Shown: positions 38,165 to 51,487, numbered from the stretch's first letter. The stretch: DNA of 64,000 nucleotides from Alphaproteobacteria bacterium (GCA_017467335.1 JAFTSJ010000037.1:1078-65077), one strand, 5' to 3'. Translations and numbers: made by a program. Notes: generated by a model from the letters alone, not told the origin.

Positions 38165-41100
38165 TGATGAATAATAAAATTTCACTTTGTGGGATACCAA
38201 ACGGGTATCAAGGTATTGTTTTAAAACGATTGTTGCAAACATCAACGATACATTGTCATATTGTGGCCAATGACAGACAATTATCCTTTTTGCAAGAAAC
38301 AATTTCGCTATTGAATCCGGATATTCAAATTTTGGTTTTTCCGAATTGGGATACGGTACCATATGACAGAGTTTCTCCGAAGTCAGAAATTGTTTCGGAA
38401 CGAATTAACACTTTGATAATGTTGAAAGAATTATCAAAATTGAATACATTTGAACAGCCGGTTCTTATTTTAACAACAACGGCTGCATTGCTTCAAAAAG
38501 TACCACCGATGTCTTTTTTTGACAGCGGCGTATTACATTTAACATCCGGTCAATCGATTGGCTTTGATTTTCTTAAACATTATTTACAACAAAACAATTA
38601 TGTTTCAAGTAATGCTGTTGTTTCTGTGGGCGAATACACCGTTCGGGGCGGACTTATAGATATATTTCCGACCGGGGCTTTACATCCGATTCGAATAGAT
38701 TTTTTTGGAGATGAAATTGATTCAATCAAATATTTCGATGAAAGTACGCAACGTACGTTGAAATCGATTGATAAGATAACATTAAAGCCTGTTTCGGAAT
38801 ATCGTTTAACAACAGATAGTATTTCGCTTTTTCGAACAAAGTATCGAACGTTATTTGATGATGTACAAAACGATTATCTGTACGAAGCAATCAGTAATGG
38901 AATCATGGCACAGGGAATCGAACATTTTTTACCGCTTTTTTTTGAAGAAATGGCAGATTTGTTTGATTATTTACCTAAATGTACATTTTCTTTTGATTTT
39001 CAGGCTCTTGAATCATTGTCATCTCGTATAGAGCAAATTACCGAGTATTATGAAGCTCGTCGAATTGCTTTAAAAAATACAGATGGTCTGACACAAGAAA
39101 AATATTGTCCGATATCGCCTGATTTGTTTTTTTTGACGCAAGACGAAGTATTAACAAAAATTGAACAATATCAATATTATGTTTTTTCACCATATGTTGA
39201 ACCGGATAAAAAAGATGAAACAGGTCGAATAGGGCAAACATTTGTTGATGTTCGTGTTCAGGAAAATAAAGATGTCTTTGATGCTGTTATTCAACAAATT
39301 TCAATTGAAAAGCGTTCTGTGATATTAACAGCTTCAACATTTGGAGCAGTGCAACGGCTTATCGGGGTTTTTCGAGAACACGGTTTGAAATTGTATGAAG
39401 CCCATACATGGCAGGAAAGCATACAAAATGCTCCGGCTATTTTGGTTGCTCCCTTTGTCAATGGTTTTTCTGATAATTCTTTTGTTTTAATAACCGAAAC
39501 AGATATGTTTGGAGAACGTGTTGTACAGACACAGCGTAAACCGAAAAATAAAAATTTTATTACAGATGTTAATTCGCTTAACATAGATGATTTGGTTGTT
39601 CATCAAATACACGGTGTCGGCAAATATATTGGTTTGTTTCCTATTAAAACGGGACAAATTACACATGATTGCATCGGGTTGGTTTATGCCGGCGGTGATA
39701 AATTATTTGTACCGGTTGAAAATGCTGATGTTTTGTCAAAATACGGTTCGCAAAACGTGATGTTGGATACATTAGGGTCATCATCTTTTTTACAACGGAA
39801 AGAACGAGTTAAAAAAGATTTGTTTGTAATGGCTGAACGGTTGATTAACATTGCTTCTCAAAGAGCCCTTAATCGTACGGAACCGATATTGATACCGCAT
39901 GGTACATATCAAGAGTTTTGTATGCGTTTTCCTTATGTTGAAACGGAAGACCAATTACGAACAATGCAAGAAGTTGAAACAGATTTATCATTGAATCGCC
40001 CGATGGATAGATTGGTTTGCGGAGATGTAGGTTTTGGAAAAACGGAAATAGCATTACGGAGTGCTTTTTTAGTTGCTATGGCTGGTTTACAGGTTGCTAT
40101 TGTGGCTCCGACAACTTTATTGGCCATGCAACACGCTCAAACGTTTATAGAACGATTTAAAGGTTTTCCCATCCGTGTCGGAACACTTTCTAGATTGGTA
40201 TCATCAACGAAAAGTAAACAAATCAAAAAAGAGTTAGCCAATGGAACGTTAGATATTGTTGTCGGTACACATGCTTTGTTAGCGAAAACAATTTCTTTTA
40301 AACGATTGGGTTTGGTTATTGTTGATGAAGAACAACATTTTGGCGTTGCTCATAAAGAACGTTTAAAAGAATTACAAAAAGGTGTTCATGTGTTAACATT
40401 GACAGCTACGCCAATACCCAGAACGTTGCAGTTATCCTTGGCCGGTGTTCGGGAGTTATCTATTATTGCAACGCCACCGGTTGACAGGTTGGCTGTTAAA
40501 ACATTTGTAACTCCTTTTGATGGGGTCATTATTAAAGAAGCTATTTTAAGAGAACATTTTCGAGGCGGACAAATATTTTTTGTATGTCCTCGTATTTCTG
40601 ATATGGATGAAGTTCGTCAGATTTTGAAAGAATTAGTACCGGATATCCGTGTTGTTGAAGCTCATGGGCAAATGGGGGCATCTTCATTGGAAAAAATTAT
40701 GCAGGATTTTGCTCAAAAAAAATACGATATTTTATTGGCGACAAGTATAATTGAATCCGGATTGGATATGCCTTCTGTTAATACGATTATTATTTATCGA
40801 GCCGATATGTTTGGTTTATCGGCATTATATCAAATGCGTGGTCGTGTCGGACGAGGCAAATTAAGGGCGTATGCCTATTTAACAACTCCACCGTATGCTC
40901 GTTTAAATACGGCTGCCCAAAAACGCTTGAATGTAATGCAAAGTTTAGACAGTTTAGGAGCCGGATTTACGTTAGCAAGCCATGATTTAGATATTCGGGG
41001 AGCCGGCAATTTATTGGGACAGGAACAATCTGGTCATATTCGGGAAGTAGGGGTTGCTTTGTATCAAAAAATGCTTTCAGATGCGATACAGACTCTTAAA

Positions 41101-41574
41101 AAGAATAATTCAAAAGAAGTTGTTGAGGTGTTTTCTCCTCAAATTTCTGTCGGATTATCTGTTTTTATTCCGGAAACATATATAACCGATTTAGATACCC
41201 GAATGGATTTATATCAACGCATTGGTCATATTGAAACACTAGAAGAAATCGATTTGTTTAAAGATGAGTTGGTTGACAGATTTGGTTTATATCCCAAAGA
41301 AGTAGATAATTTATTTTTAACAATACGATTAAAAATACTATGCAAAAAGGCTCATATAGACCGTTTGGATATTGGTGAAAAAGGAGCAACAATTTCTTTT
41401 CATCAAAATATTTTTCCTAATCCTACCGGCTTGATAGATTATATTACTTCTCAAATGGGAACGATACGTATTCGATCGGATCAAAAGTTAGTTGTTTTAC
41501 GACCGTTTTCCACAATTGAAAATCGATTAAAAAGCATAGAAGATATTATTATGCGGATTGCAAATCTGGTTTAA
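38164..41574 (+). CDS. mfd: transcription-repair coupling factor Mfd
   Basis: UvrB-homology N-terminus, RNAP-interacting domain, and SF2 helicase motifs (GDVGFGKTE, DEEQHFG, QMRGRVGR); ~1136 aa. ATG 38164 overlaps the trkA stop (TGATG). Confidence 0.9.
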   Translation: MMNNKISLCGIPNGYQGIVLKRLLQTSTIHCHIVANDRQLSFLQETISLLNPDIQILVFPNWDTVPYDRVSPKSEIVSERINTLIMLKELSKLNTFEQPVLILTTTAALLQKVPPMSFFDSGVLHLTSGQSIGFDFLKHYLQQNNYVSSNAVVSVGEYTVRGGLIDIFPTGALHPIRIDFFGDEIDSIKYFDESTQRTLKSIDKITLKPVSEYRLTTDSISLFRTKYRTLFDDVQNDYLYEAISNGIMAQGIEHFLPLFFEEMADLFDYLPKCTFSFDFQALESLSSRIEQITEYYEARRIALKNTDGLTQEKYCPISPDLFFLTQDEVLTKIEQYQYYVFSPYVEPDKKDETGRIGQTFVDVRVQENKDVFDAVIQQISIEKRSVILTASTFGAVQRLIGVFREHGLKLYEAHTWQESIQNAPAILVAPFVNGFSDNSFVLITETDMFGERVVQTQRKPKNKNFITDVNSLNIDDLVVHQIHGVGKYIGLFPIKTGQITHDCIGLVYAGGDKLFVPVENADVLSKYGSQNVMLDTLGSSSFLQRKERVKKDLFVMAERLINIASQRALNRTEPILIPHGTYQEFCMRFPYVETEDQLRTMQEVETDLSLNRPMDRLVCGDVGFGKTEIALRSAFLVAMAGLQVAIVAPTTLLAMQHAQTFIERFKGFPIRVGTLSRLVSSTKSKQIKKELANGTLDIVVGTHALLAKTISFKRLGLVIVDEEQHFGVAHKERLKELQKGVHVLTLTATPIPRTLQLSLAGVRELSIIATPPVDRLAVKTFVTPFDGVIIKEAILREHFRGGQIFFVCPRISDMDEVRQILKELVPDIRVVEAHGQMGASSLEKIMQDFAQKKYDILLATSIIESGLDMPSVNTIIIYRADMFGLSALYQMRGRVGRGKLRAYAYLTTPPYARLNTAAQKRLNVMQSLDSLGAGFTLASHDLDIRGAGNLLGQEQSGHIREVGVALYQKMLSDAIQTLKKNNSKEVVEVFSPQISVGLSVFIPETYITDLDTRMDLYQRIGHIETLEEIDLFKDELVDRFGLYPKEVDNLFLTIRLKILCKKAHIDRLDIGEKGATISFHQNIFPNPTGLIDYITSQMGTIRIRSDQKLVVLRPFSTIENRLKSIEDIIMRIANLV

Positions 41575-41584
41575 GTAAAATAAC

Positions 41585-41613
41585 TTGACAATAGACTGTA
41601 AATATGATATTTT
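41585..41613 (+). promoter_or_regulatory. possible promoter for the paralog array: -35 TTGACA (41585-41590), 17-bp spacer, weak -10 TATTTT
   Basis: cTTGACAatagactgtaaatatgaTATTTT. SD AAAAGGA lies before ATG 41657. Confidence 0.3.
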
Positions 41614-41656
41614 CCCTTATATGTCAAAATTTTCAGATAAAACAGCAAAAGGATAA

Positions 41657-42595
41657 ATGAAGATGAGTGAAGATAAAAAAACGGGTGAATTTTTATATTT
41701 TGAAGAAAAAGACAATGCAATTTATTCAAAAGAAACCGGTCAAAAAGTGGTTGATATCAATGATGAAACGCATATTTATGAATATCAGGATAACGGTTTG
41801 CTGAAAGTCAGCACGGCAGATACGTGTGTATTATACGATTATCGGGGAAATTTACTGCCACATTTTGAAAACGGAGGTAAATTTATTCATTTTGGCCGAT
41901 TTAATAGTTCATTTTATACTGTGAAAACATCTGAAGGAGAACAATCATATCTTATACCATGTATCAGACGAGGCTCTTTTGTAATTGAGAGTGATGAGAA
42001 AGCAGGTCAATTTGTTGTTTCAACGGTAAAAGGTAAGGAAATAGGAAGCGGTGTTGATTTTAATTTTTATCAACCAAATCCTTTATGTTTATATATTGGT
42101 ATTAAAAATAAAGATGATATGTGGACTGTTTATGATGAAAAAGGTATTCCTGAACCGAAAATGACAAATGTTCGTTGGGTGGGATGCCATAGTTCCACAG
42201 ATTCTTTTGACATTCGTAAAAATTTGTATTCTGATTATGAAACTGTATTAACAAGACGACAAAATCGCAATCGTCTGGCTACTTACTCAATATGTGCCGC
42301 TTTGTTTTGTTTAGGTGCTTTATGGGTAAGTCGGTCGTGTCAGAAAGAAGAACAGCAATTGAATGAATTTGCACAACAAGACGCGACATATTTAGGTGCA
42401 TCAGATGGTGTTTTGTTGTTTGATACGGATGGTGATAAGGAAACGGCTGAATTAGGTGCTGATTTACACCGAAAATCTCGGACTAAAATTATGGGTAAAA
42501 TGTACAAGAAGGAAGGTCAATGTCGCAAAATTACTCATTGGTGCGATATAACCGGATTGTCCATTCGTTCTTTTGATAAAGTAAATGAAAATTAA
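41657..42595 (+). CDS. paralog 1 of a four-member bitopic membrane-protein family (312 aa): cytoplasmic beta-rich repeat domain, single TM, ~80-aa Cys-containing C-terminal ectodomain
   Basis: No signal peptide; positive residues (RRQNRNR) precede the hydrophobic helix LATYSICAALFCLGALWV. The conserved C-terminal block is QQDATYLGASDGVLLFDTDGD...EGQCRKITHWCDITGLS. N-domain motifs (YDYRGNLLPHFENG; WTVYDEKGIPEPKMTNV) loosely resemble WG-type repeats. Confidence 0.75.
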   Translation: MKMSEDKKTGEFLYFEEKDNAIYSKETGQKVVDINDETHIYEYQDNGLLKVSTADTCVLYDYRGNLLPHFENGGKFIHFGRFNSSFYTVKTSEGEQSYLIPCIRRGSFVIESDEKAGQFVVSTVKGKEIGSGVDFNFYQPNPLCLYIGIKNKDDMWTVYDEKGIPEPKMTNVRWVGCHSSTDSFDIRKNLYSDYETVLTRRQNRNRLATYSICAALFCLGALWVSRSCQKEEQQLNEFAQQDATYLGASDGVLLFDTDGDKETAELGADLHRKSRTKIMGKMYKKEGQCRKITHWCDITGLSIRSFDKVNEN

Positions 42596-42611
42596 ATATC
42601 AGTGAAAAGGT

Positions 42612-43547
42612 TTGGTAATGCCCAAGAAACAACATAATGACAAGATGTTAAATTTTCAGGAAGTTAATGGTGCTATTTATTCAAAAGCAACGGGCAACAA
42701 GATTATTGACATGGCTGAAGTCAAATTTATTTGTGAAAACAGGTGGTTGGGTGTCTTGGTTGTTAGTAAGCCTGATGCGAATATCTTATATGATTATCGG
42801 GGAAATTTATTGCCTCATTTTGAAAACGGAGAAACTTTTAAATATTTTTGCGGGCGTGATAATCGGTATTATACTGTTAAAAAGGGTGAAATGGAAGAAA
42901 CATATCATATTCCATGTATTAAACAAGGTTGTTTGATTGTTGAGTATGATGAAAATAAAAAACAATATACACTATCGACAATTAAAGGAAAACAAATTGC
43001 TGTTGGAAAGGATATAACACCATATAAAATAAATGAACGGTTGTATTTATGTGTTAAAAATAATGACGGACGTGTAACAGTTTATGATGAAAAAGGTGTT
43101 CCAGAACCACAAATGACAAACGTTGATGAAGTTCGTTCGTGTGGTTGGGATTTTTTAGAAATTCGTTCAAGCAAACAGAATTCTGATTATACGCAGGTTT
43201 TAACAAGACGGCAGATGAGGAACAAAAAATTGACACGAACACTTTTAACAACTTTGGGGGCAATAGCCGTTGTTTTGGGCGGCAAGTGTTGTCAATCGTA
43301 CATACAGGAGTTGGATGAGATAAAACAACAAGATGCAACATATTTAGGTGTGTCAGATGGTGTTTTATTGTTCGATACGGATGGTGATACGGATACAGCG
43401 GAAATGTGTGTTGCTTTGGCTGATACAAATAAATCGGAAATTATCAGAAGTATGTATAAGCAGGAAGGAAAATGTCGAAAAGTTGCTCAATGGTGTGAAA
43501 GAACAGGATTATCAGTCTGTGTTTTTGATCGTGTGAATGAAAATTAA
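42612..43547 (+). CDS. paralog 2 (311 aa)
   Basis: Collinear with paralog 1: YDYRGNLLPHFENG, IPCIKQG, VTVYDEKGVPEPQMTNV, TM TLLTTLGAIAVVLGG, and C-terminal QQDATYLGVSDGVLLFDTDGD...EGKCRKVAQWCERTGLS. Confidence 0.75.
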   Translation: MVMPKKQHNDKMLNFQEVNGAIYSKATGNKIIDMAEVKFICENRWLGVLVVSKPDANILYDYRGNLLPHFENGETFKYFCGRDNRYYTVKKGEMEETYHIPCIKQGCLIVEYDENKKQYTLSTIKGKQIAVGKDITPYKINERLYLCVKNNDGRVTVYDEKGVPEPQMTNVDEVRSCGWDFLEIRSSKQNSDYTQVLTRRQMRNKKLTRTLLTTLGAIAVVLGGKCCQSYIQELDEIKQQDATYLGVSDGVLLFDTDGDTDTAEMCVALADTNKSEIIRSMYKQEGKCRKVAQWCERTGLSVCVFDRVNEN

Positions 43548-43567
43548 ATATTGAAAAGGATTTATAA

Positions 43568-44503
43568 ATGACAATAATACCTAATGAAGATGAATTTTTT
43601 TATTTTAAACAGATTGGTGATGTAATTGTTTCAAAAGCAACAGGGAGAATTATCACAAAATTAGATGAAAATACATTTGTTGAAGAAAATGCAGAAAACG
43701 GCTTATTAGTCGTTAAAAATACAGACAAAAGTGTTGTGTGCGATTATCGGGGTGAGTTATTGTCCCATTTTGAAAATGGTGCTTCATTTAAGGAATTTAG
43801 TCGTGAACGGGTTGAAACACGCCATTATATTGTAAAGACAGAAGAAGGCGAGAAAAGATGTCATATTCCATGTATCAGACGAGATGATTTTGTTATTGAA
43901 TATGATGAAAAATCACAACAATATGCATTTTCAACAACAAATGGAAAGCAATTTGCCATTGGTAAAGATTTTGAATTACATAAAATAGATGAAGGTTTAT
44001 TTATTGCTATTCAGGATGAAAAAGAACGATGGACAGTTTATAATGCAAAAGGCATTGTTGAACCTCAATTAAAAGACGTTGTCTGTGTACGTGTTTATGA
44101 AGAAAATAAGTTCCATGTTCGACGAACACCTGATTCTTGTATGGAACCTGCTTTGACAAAACAACAAACACGTCGCAGAAATGTGAAACGGGGAACTCTG
44201 ATAGGGTTGCTTTCGTTGGCAGTCGTTGTGGGTGGCAAGGGTTGTCAGGCATATATGGATGAATTGCGTGCAATTCGTCAGCAAGAAGCAACATACTTAG
44301 GTGTATCCGATAGTGTTTTATTATTTGATACGGACGGTAATCACGCAACGATTGAATTAGGTGTGTCTTTGACAGATAAACAAGATAAAGTTCGTGTTTT
44401 GGGAAGCCTGTTTCAGCAGGAAGGACAATGTCGCAAAGTGGCTCAATGGTGTGATATGACAGGATTGGCGACATCTTATTTTGAAAAGGTAAATTCGAAC
44501 TAA
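43568..44503 (+). CDS. paralog 3 (311 aa)
   Basis: Collinear with paralogs 1 and 2: CDYRGELLSHFENG, IPCIRRD, WTVYNAKGIVEPQLKDV, TM LIGLLSLAVVVGG, and C-terminal QQEATYLGVSDSVLLFDTDGN...EGQCRKVAQWCDMTGLA. Confidence 0.75.
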   Translation: MTIIPNEDEFFYFKQIGDVIVSKATGRIITKLDENTFVEENAENGLLVVKNTDKSVVCDYRGELLSHFENGASFKEFSRERVETRHYIVKTEEGEKRCHIPCIRRDDFVIEYDEKSQQYAFSTTNGKQFAIGKDFELHKIDEGLFIAIQDEKERWTVYNAKGIVEPQLKDVVCVRVYEENKFHVRRTPDSCMEPALTKQQTRRRNVKRGTLIGLLSLAVVVGGKGCQAYMDELRAIRQQEATYLGVSDSVLLFDTDGNHATIELGVSLTDKQDKVRVLGSLFQQEGQCRKVAQWCDMTGLATSYFEKVNSN

Positions 44504-44519
44504 AAAGATAGGAATTAAC

Positions 44520-45377
44520 ATGTTTGAAACAGATAAAAATTTTGAAATTATTGGTACGGAAGTCTATCATAAATTAACAAATAAACTGATTGTTGATTTG
44601 GGAAAAAACGGGGCTGCGTTAGAAACACCCATGTGTTTGTTGGTACGTACATCAGATCAATCCAAGAATTATGATATGGCGTTTGATTGCGATGGTAACT
44701 TACTTAAAGGAACAGGTGAAAACGATTGTGTCGGTGTTTTCCCGTGTGATAAAAAATATCAGATTCTTCATCACAGCGGACGGGTTACAAATTATTTTTT
44801 TCCACTTATTAAAACATCGTTTTTTCATATCAGACATGATGGTCAAAAATATGTTTTTTCAACAAAAACAGACCGTGAATTTGCATCGGGAACAAATTAT
44901 CACATATACACAATTGATTCTCGTGAATACTTAGCTGTTTGTCAGGAAAATACACAACAAGATGAAAAGGGCGTTAATTTAAGTGATTGCAAACGTTGGA
45001 CATTGTTTAGTGCTGATGGCGTAGTTGTTCCTGAAGTATCAAATGCTCGTTCAATTCGGTTGGCTGATAATCATTTTTTTGTTGAAAATGAAAACCATGA
45101 TGTGAAAGAAGTCCCCGTTCTTACTTACGAAAAAGAATCTTTTGGTGCAAAGCGGTGGGGATGTTTGTTTGCCGGTGTTGTGACATGTGTTTCATGGATT
45201 GCAATTGCTCAACTGTCACGGTGTTTTGTTGAGGATGTATCGGTTAAGCAAGAAATTCCAACATGTTCGGGTTTAAGCATTGATAATGAAAATGAAATGA
45301 AATCAATATTACCTCCTCGAAAAATTACTTCCGGTAATGTTATTTCGCAACCTGACAAGCAACACGTGAAACAGTAG
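44520..45377 (+). CDS. paralog 4, divergent (285 aa): related N-domain and TM but an unrelated C-terminal tail
   Basis: Shares the overall layout (beta-rich N-domain, TM WGCLFAGVVTCVSWIAIAQL) but lacks the DATYLG...CRK..WC block. Confidence 0.65.
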   Translation: MFETDKNFEIIGTEVYHKLTNKLIVDLGKNGAALETPMCLLVRTSDQSKNYDMAFDCDGNLLKGTGENDCVGVFPCDKKYQILHHSGRVTNYFFPLIKTSFFHIRHDGQKYVFSTKTDREFASGTNYHIYTIDSREYLAVCQENTQQDEKGVNLSDCKRWTLFSADGVVVPEVSNARSIRLADNHFFVENENHDVKEVPVLTYEKESFGAKRWGCLFAGVVTCVSWIAIAQLSRCFVEDVSVKQEIPTCSGLSIDNENEMKSILPPRKITSGNVISQPDKQHVKQ

Positions 45378-45388
45378 TAATTATTTTT

Positions 45389-46063
45389 TTATTCAATAGA
45401 TTGAATGGTTTTACCGTTTTTGCGTAACCAGATTTGAGCATCGGCTTGTTTGACGTTGAGTTGAGAAACCACAGCCCAAAATTTTGGGCTGTGATTCATT
45501 TCAATTAAATGGGCTACTTCATGAGCAATAACGTAATCAATCACATCAAGTGGAGCGAAAACCAATTTCCAACATAAATTGATATTTTTCAAAGAAGAAC
45601 AGCTACCCCAGCGTGAAGATGAATTTTTAAGTGTTATTTTTTGAATGGGCGTATCGAGTTGAACGGCCATTTGTAATGCTTTTGCTTGTGCATATTGGTA
45701 AAATTGTTCTTTTGCAAATGTTGTAATACGCCTATGCAGAAACGTGCTTTCCCCACCAACGACAATGTGATTATCTTGTATTATTGTTCCTTTTTTATGT
45801 AACGGATTGTGTTCGATAATATAATTTTGACCTAAAATGGAGATGGTATCATTATTTTTAAATCGAATTGTTTTAAAAGTATCAATCTGTTTTGCTATCC
45901 AGTTCAAATGTTGTTTAGCAAAGGATACGGCTTGTTGTTCTGAACAAAACAACGGTGCGGATAAAATGATGTTTTTGTTTTTATCAAAACGCAAACGAAT
46001 GCTTTTAAGGTTTTCTTTTTGAATAAAAAAAACAAAATAAGAACCGATTTTAATTTTTTTCAT
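45389..46063 (-). CDS. YgjP-like metal-dependent hydrolase (DUF45 / M48-like, HExxH)
   Basis: C-terminal VIAHEVAHLIEMNHSPKFW zinc-binding motif is characteristic of the YgjP/UTP pyrophosphatase family; 224 aa. Confidence 0.7.
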   Translation of the reverse strand: MKKIKIGSYFVFFIQKENLKSIRLRFDKNKNIILSAPLFCSEQQAVSFAKQHLNWIAKQIDTFKTIRFKNNDTISILGQNYIIEHNPLHKKGTIIQDNHIVVGGESTFLHRRITTFAKEQFYQYAQAKALQMAVQLDTPIQKITLKNSSSRWGSCSSLKNINLCWKLVFAPLDVIDYVIAHEVAHLIEMNHSPKFWAVVSQLNVKQADAQIWLRKNGKTIQSIE

Positions 46064-46130
46064 TGATTCATTTTTTTCTTCATTGTATATTGTACTGTCA
46101 TCATTGTATCATAAGTGAAAGGAAAAATAA

Positions 46131-46433
46131 ATGAGAAAGTTAATTAAATTTTGTACATGGTTAATTGTACATGTGATTGCTTTTGTTGTTATTGCTTGGA
46201 TTTTCTTGGGTATGACACCAACTGAAACATATCAAAAGTTTATTTATCGTATGCAAAGTTTCCGTTCAGGAACGGCAACGTTTGCTTCAGATTTATCAAA
46301 AACGGGAGCTAGTATGGGGCGTGTTGCCAATCAACACTTGGGCGAAGCATCAGAACGTATTGATGGTCGTGACCCATATGAACGTCATAATGCAATTATT
46401 GACCAAAAAGTTCGTAGTGATTTTGGAAAATAA
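46131..46433 (+). CDS. hypothetical small membrane protein (100 aa)
   Basis: One N-terminal TM (LIVHVIAFVVIAWIFLG), followed by the terminator at 46451..46483. Confidence 0.4.
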   Translation: MRKLIKFCTWLIVHVIAFVVIAWIFLGMTPTETYQKFIYRMQSFRSGTATFASDLSKTGASMGRVANQHLGEASERIDGRDPYERHNAIIDQKVRSDFGK

Positions 46434-46450
46434 GTCGTATTTCTTTTAAA

Positions 46451-46483
46451 AATCGGATTAACAGGGTTTAATCCGATTTTTTT
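46451..46483 (+). terminator. rho-independent terminator (aatcggattaa / ttaatccgatt stem + T7)
   Basis: aaaatcggattaacagggtttaatccgatttttttaatg. Confidence 0.75.
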
Positions 46484-46587
46484 AATGGAGTCATGTAGAA
46501 AAAATGTAAAAAAATGTAAAAAGCCTTGCAAAATGAAAGGCAATATGTTAGAAAAAAACACAGTACATTTTAACAAGGGATAAAAAT

Positions 46588-48401
46588 ATGACATCAGAAA
46601 ATCAAACAGAAAATTTATTTACGATTGGTTCTTCTCGTTATGTGGAAGTTGAATCAGCGGTTGCATTGAACGAAAAACAAATGGAAACGTTACGCAAACG
46701 TTTGGAAAAAGTGTTAAAAACAGAACGATTTGTTTTACAAGTCAAAGTGAATCCGGCATTGTTAGGTGGTTTGTCATTGAAAGTTGATTCGTTTTTAGTT
46801 GATGCTTCCGTGAAAGGTCAATTACAAGCGTTTGAAAAAGAAATTGCTCAAAAAGTTTCATCGGCAGTTGATGTAACAAAAATTGCTGATATTTTTTCTG
46901 ATAGTGTTAAATCTTTTCAAGAAAAAACAATTGTGTCTGAGGTCGGGGTTGTTTTATCTGTTTCAGACGGTGTTGCTAAGGTTGAAGGGTTAAAATCAAT
47001 TGCTTCCGGTGAACGGGTTGTTTTTGAATCCGGTGCTCAAGGGATGGCTTTAAACTTAAATCCGGATGGCGTAGATGTTGTTATTTTTAATGGTGCCGTT
47101 AATATTCGTGAACATGAAAAGGTCTCTCGTACGGGAATGATGAACACTGTTCCGGTCGGTAAAGAATTGTTGGGTCGTGTTGTTAATCCTTTGGGTGAGC
47201 CGTTAGATGGAAAAGACGGTTTTGATGATTTACCACGGAATCCGGTTAATGCTCCTGCTCCGGGGATTATTGCTCGGTCACCGGTTAATGTTCCCATTCA
47301 AACGGGGATTAAAGGAATTGATGCCCTTGTTCCGATTGGTCGGGGACAACGTGAATTGATTATCGGAGATAGACAAACCGGTAAAACAGCCATTATTTTA
47401 GATACAATTTTAAGTCAAAAAGAGATAAATGCCCGTGTATCTGATAAAGATAAATTATTTTGTGTTTATGTTGCCATCGGACAGAAACAATCAACCGTTC
47501 GGGATATTATGCGTGTGTTAGAAGAACGAGGAGCAATGGATTATACGGTTATTGTGTCCGCTACGGCTTCTGATAGTGCTGCTATGCAATATTTGGCTCC
47601 ATATGCCGGTTGTACTATCGGTGAATATTTCCGTGATAATGGTATGAATGCCATTGTTTTCTATGATGATTTGTCAAAGCATGCTGTAGCATACCGTGAA
47701 ATGTCATTGTTGTTGAAACGTCCGGCCGGTCGTGAAGCATATCCGGGTGACGTTTTCTACTTACACTCTAAATTGTTAGAACGAGCTGCCCAGTTAAGTG
47801 CCGAAAATGGGGGTGGGTCCTTGACGGCTTTACCGGTTATTGAAACGCAAGAAGGGGATGTGTCTGCCTATATTCCGACTAATGTTATTTCTATTACGGA
47901 CGGACAGATTTTCTTAGAAACAACTTTGTTCCATCAGGGCGTTCGTCCGGCTATCAACGTTGGGTTATCGGTTAGTCGTGTCGGGTCTGCTGCTCAAAGT
48001 AAAGCCATGAAAAAAGTTGCCGGTTCATTGAAATTGGATTTGGCTCAATATCGTGAAGTTATGTCATTTTCGCAATTTGCTTCTGATTTGGATCCGGCAA
48101 CACAGGCATTGTTAAATCGAGGGGCCCGTTTAACAGAAATTATGAAGCAAAAGCAATATCGTCCATATTCAATGGCACAAGAAGTTGTTTCGATTTGTGC
48201 CGGTGTTAGTGGTTTACTTGATGAAATAGCTATTGATAAAGTGTCTGTTTTTGAACAAAAACTGCAAGATAAAGTTGCTGCGGATTATCCGGAAATACTT
48301 GAAAGTATTACTACAACTCGTGAATTAAAAGATGATATAAAAGAAAAATTGCACTCAGTCGTCCGATTGGTTGTACAAGAAATGACGGGAAATACAGATA
48401 A

Positions 48402-48405
<4 letters not shown>
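46588..48405 (+). CDS. atpA: F1 ATP synthase alpha subunit with an N-terminal in-frame fusion to the C-terminal half of subunit delta (OSCP)
   Basis: The first ~90 aa ([26 protein letters not shown]...[29 protein letters not shown]) match only the C-terminal domain of AtpH. The frame then runs without a stop into the canonical alpha subunit ([22 protein letters not shown]..., P-loop GDRQTGKT); 605 aa total. Confidence 0.8.
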
Positions 48406-51437
<3,032 letters not shown>

Positions 51438-51457
51438 ATAATTGAAAAAATCTCTTG

Positions 51458-51487
51458 TGTAAAACAGGGGATTTTTTTTATAATACA
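51458..51487 (+). terminator. putative terminator after the atp operon (CTCTTGT / ACAGGGG stem with wobble pairs + T8)
   Basis: aaaaaatctcttgtgtaaaacaggggatttttttta. Confidence 0.45.

Noticed and set aside
44007-44570. 187-aa reverse-strand ORF inside paralog 3/4
   Set aside because: Antisense to conserved paralog coding sequence; the same holds for the other short minus-strand ORFs inside long plus-strand genes (e.g. 3172..3543, 7638..7976, 8432..8746, which merely mirrors the tandem repeat).
46501-46560. Direct repeat aaaatgtaaaaa x2 and a TTGCAA -35-like hexamer upstream of the atp operon
   Set aside because: No convincing -10 at proper spacing (TAGAAA at 17 bp is 4/6). Left as unannotated promoter-like DNA.
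46385-46594. 69-aa minus-strand ORF in the atp upstream region
   Set aside because: It overlaps the terminator and promoter region, has no SD, and its composition is consistent with a chance ORF in AT-rich DNA.
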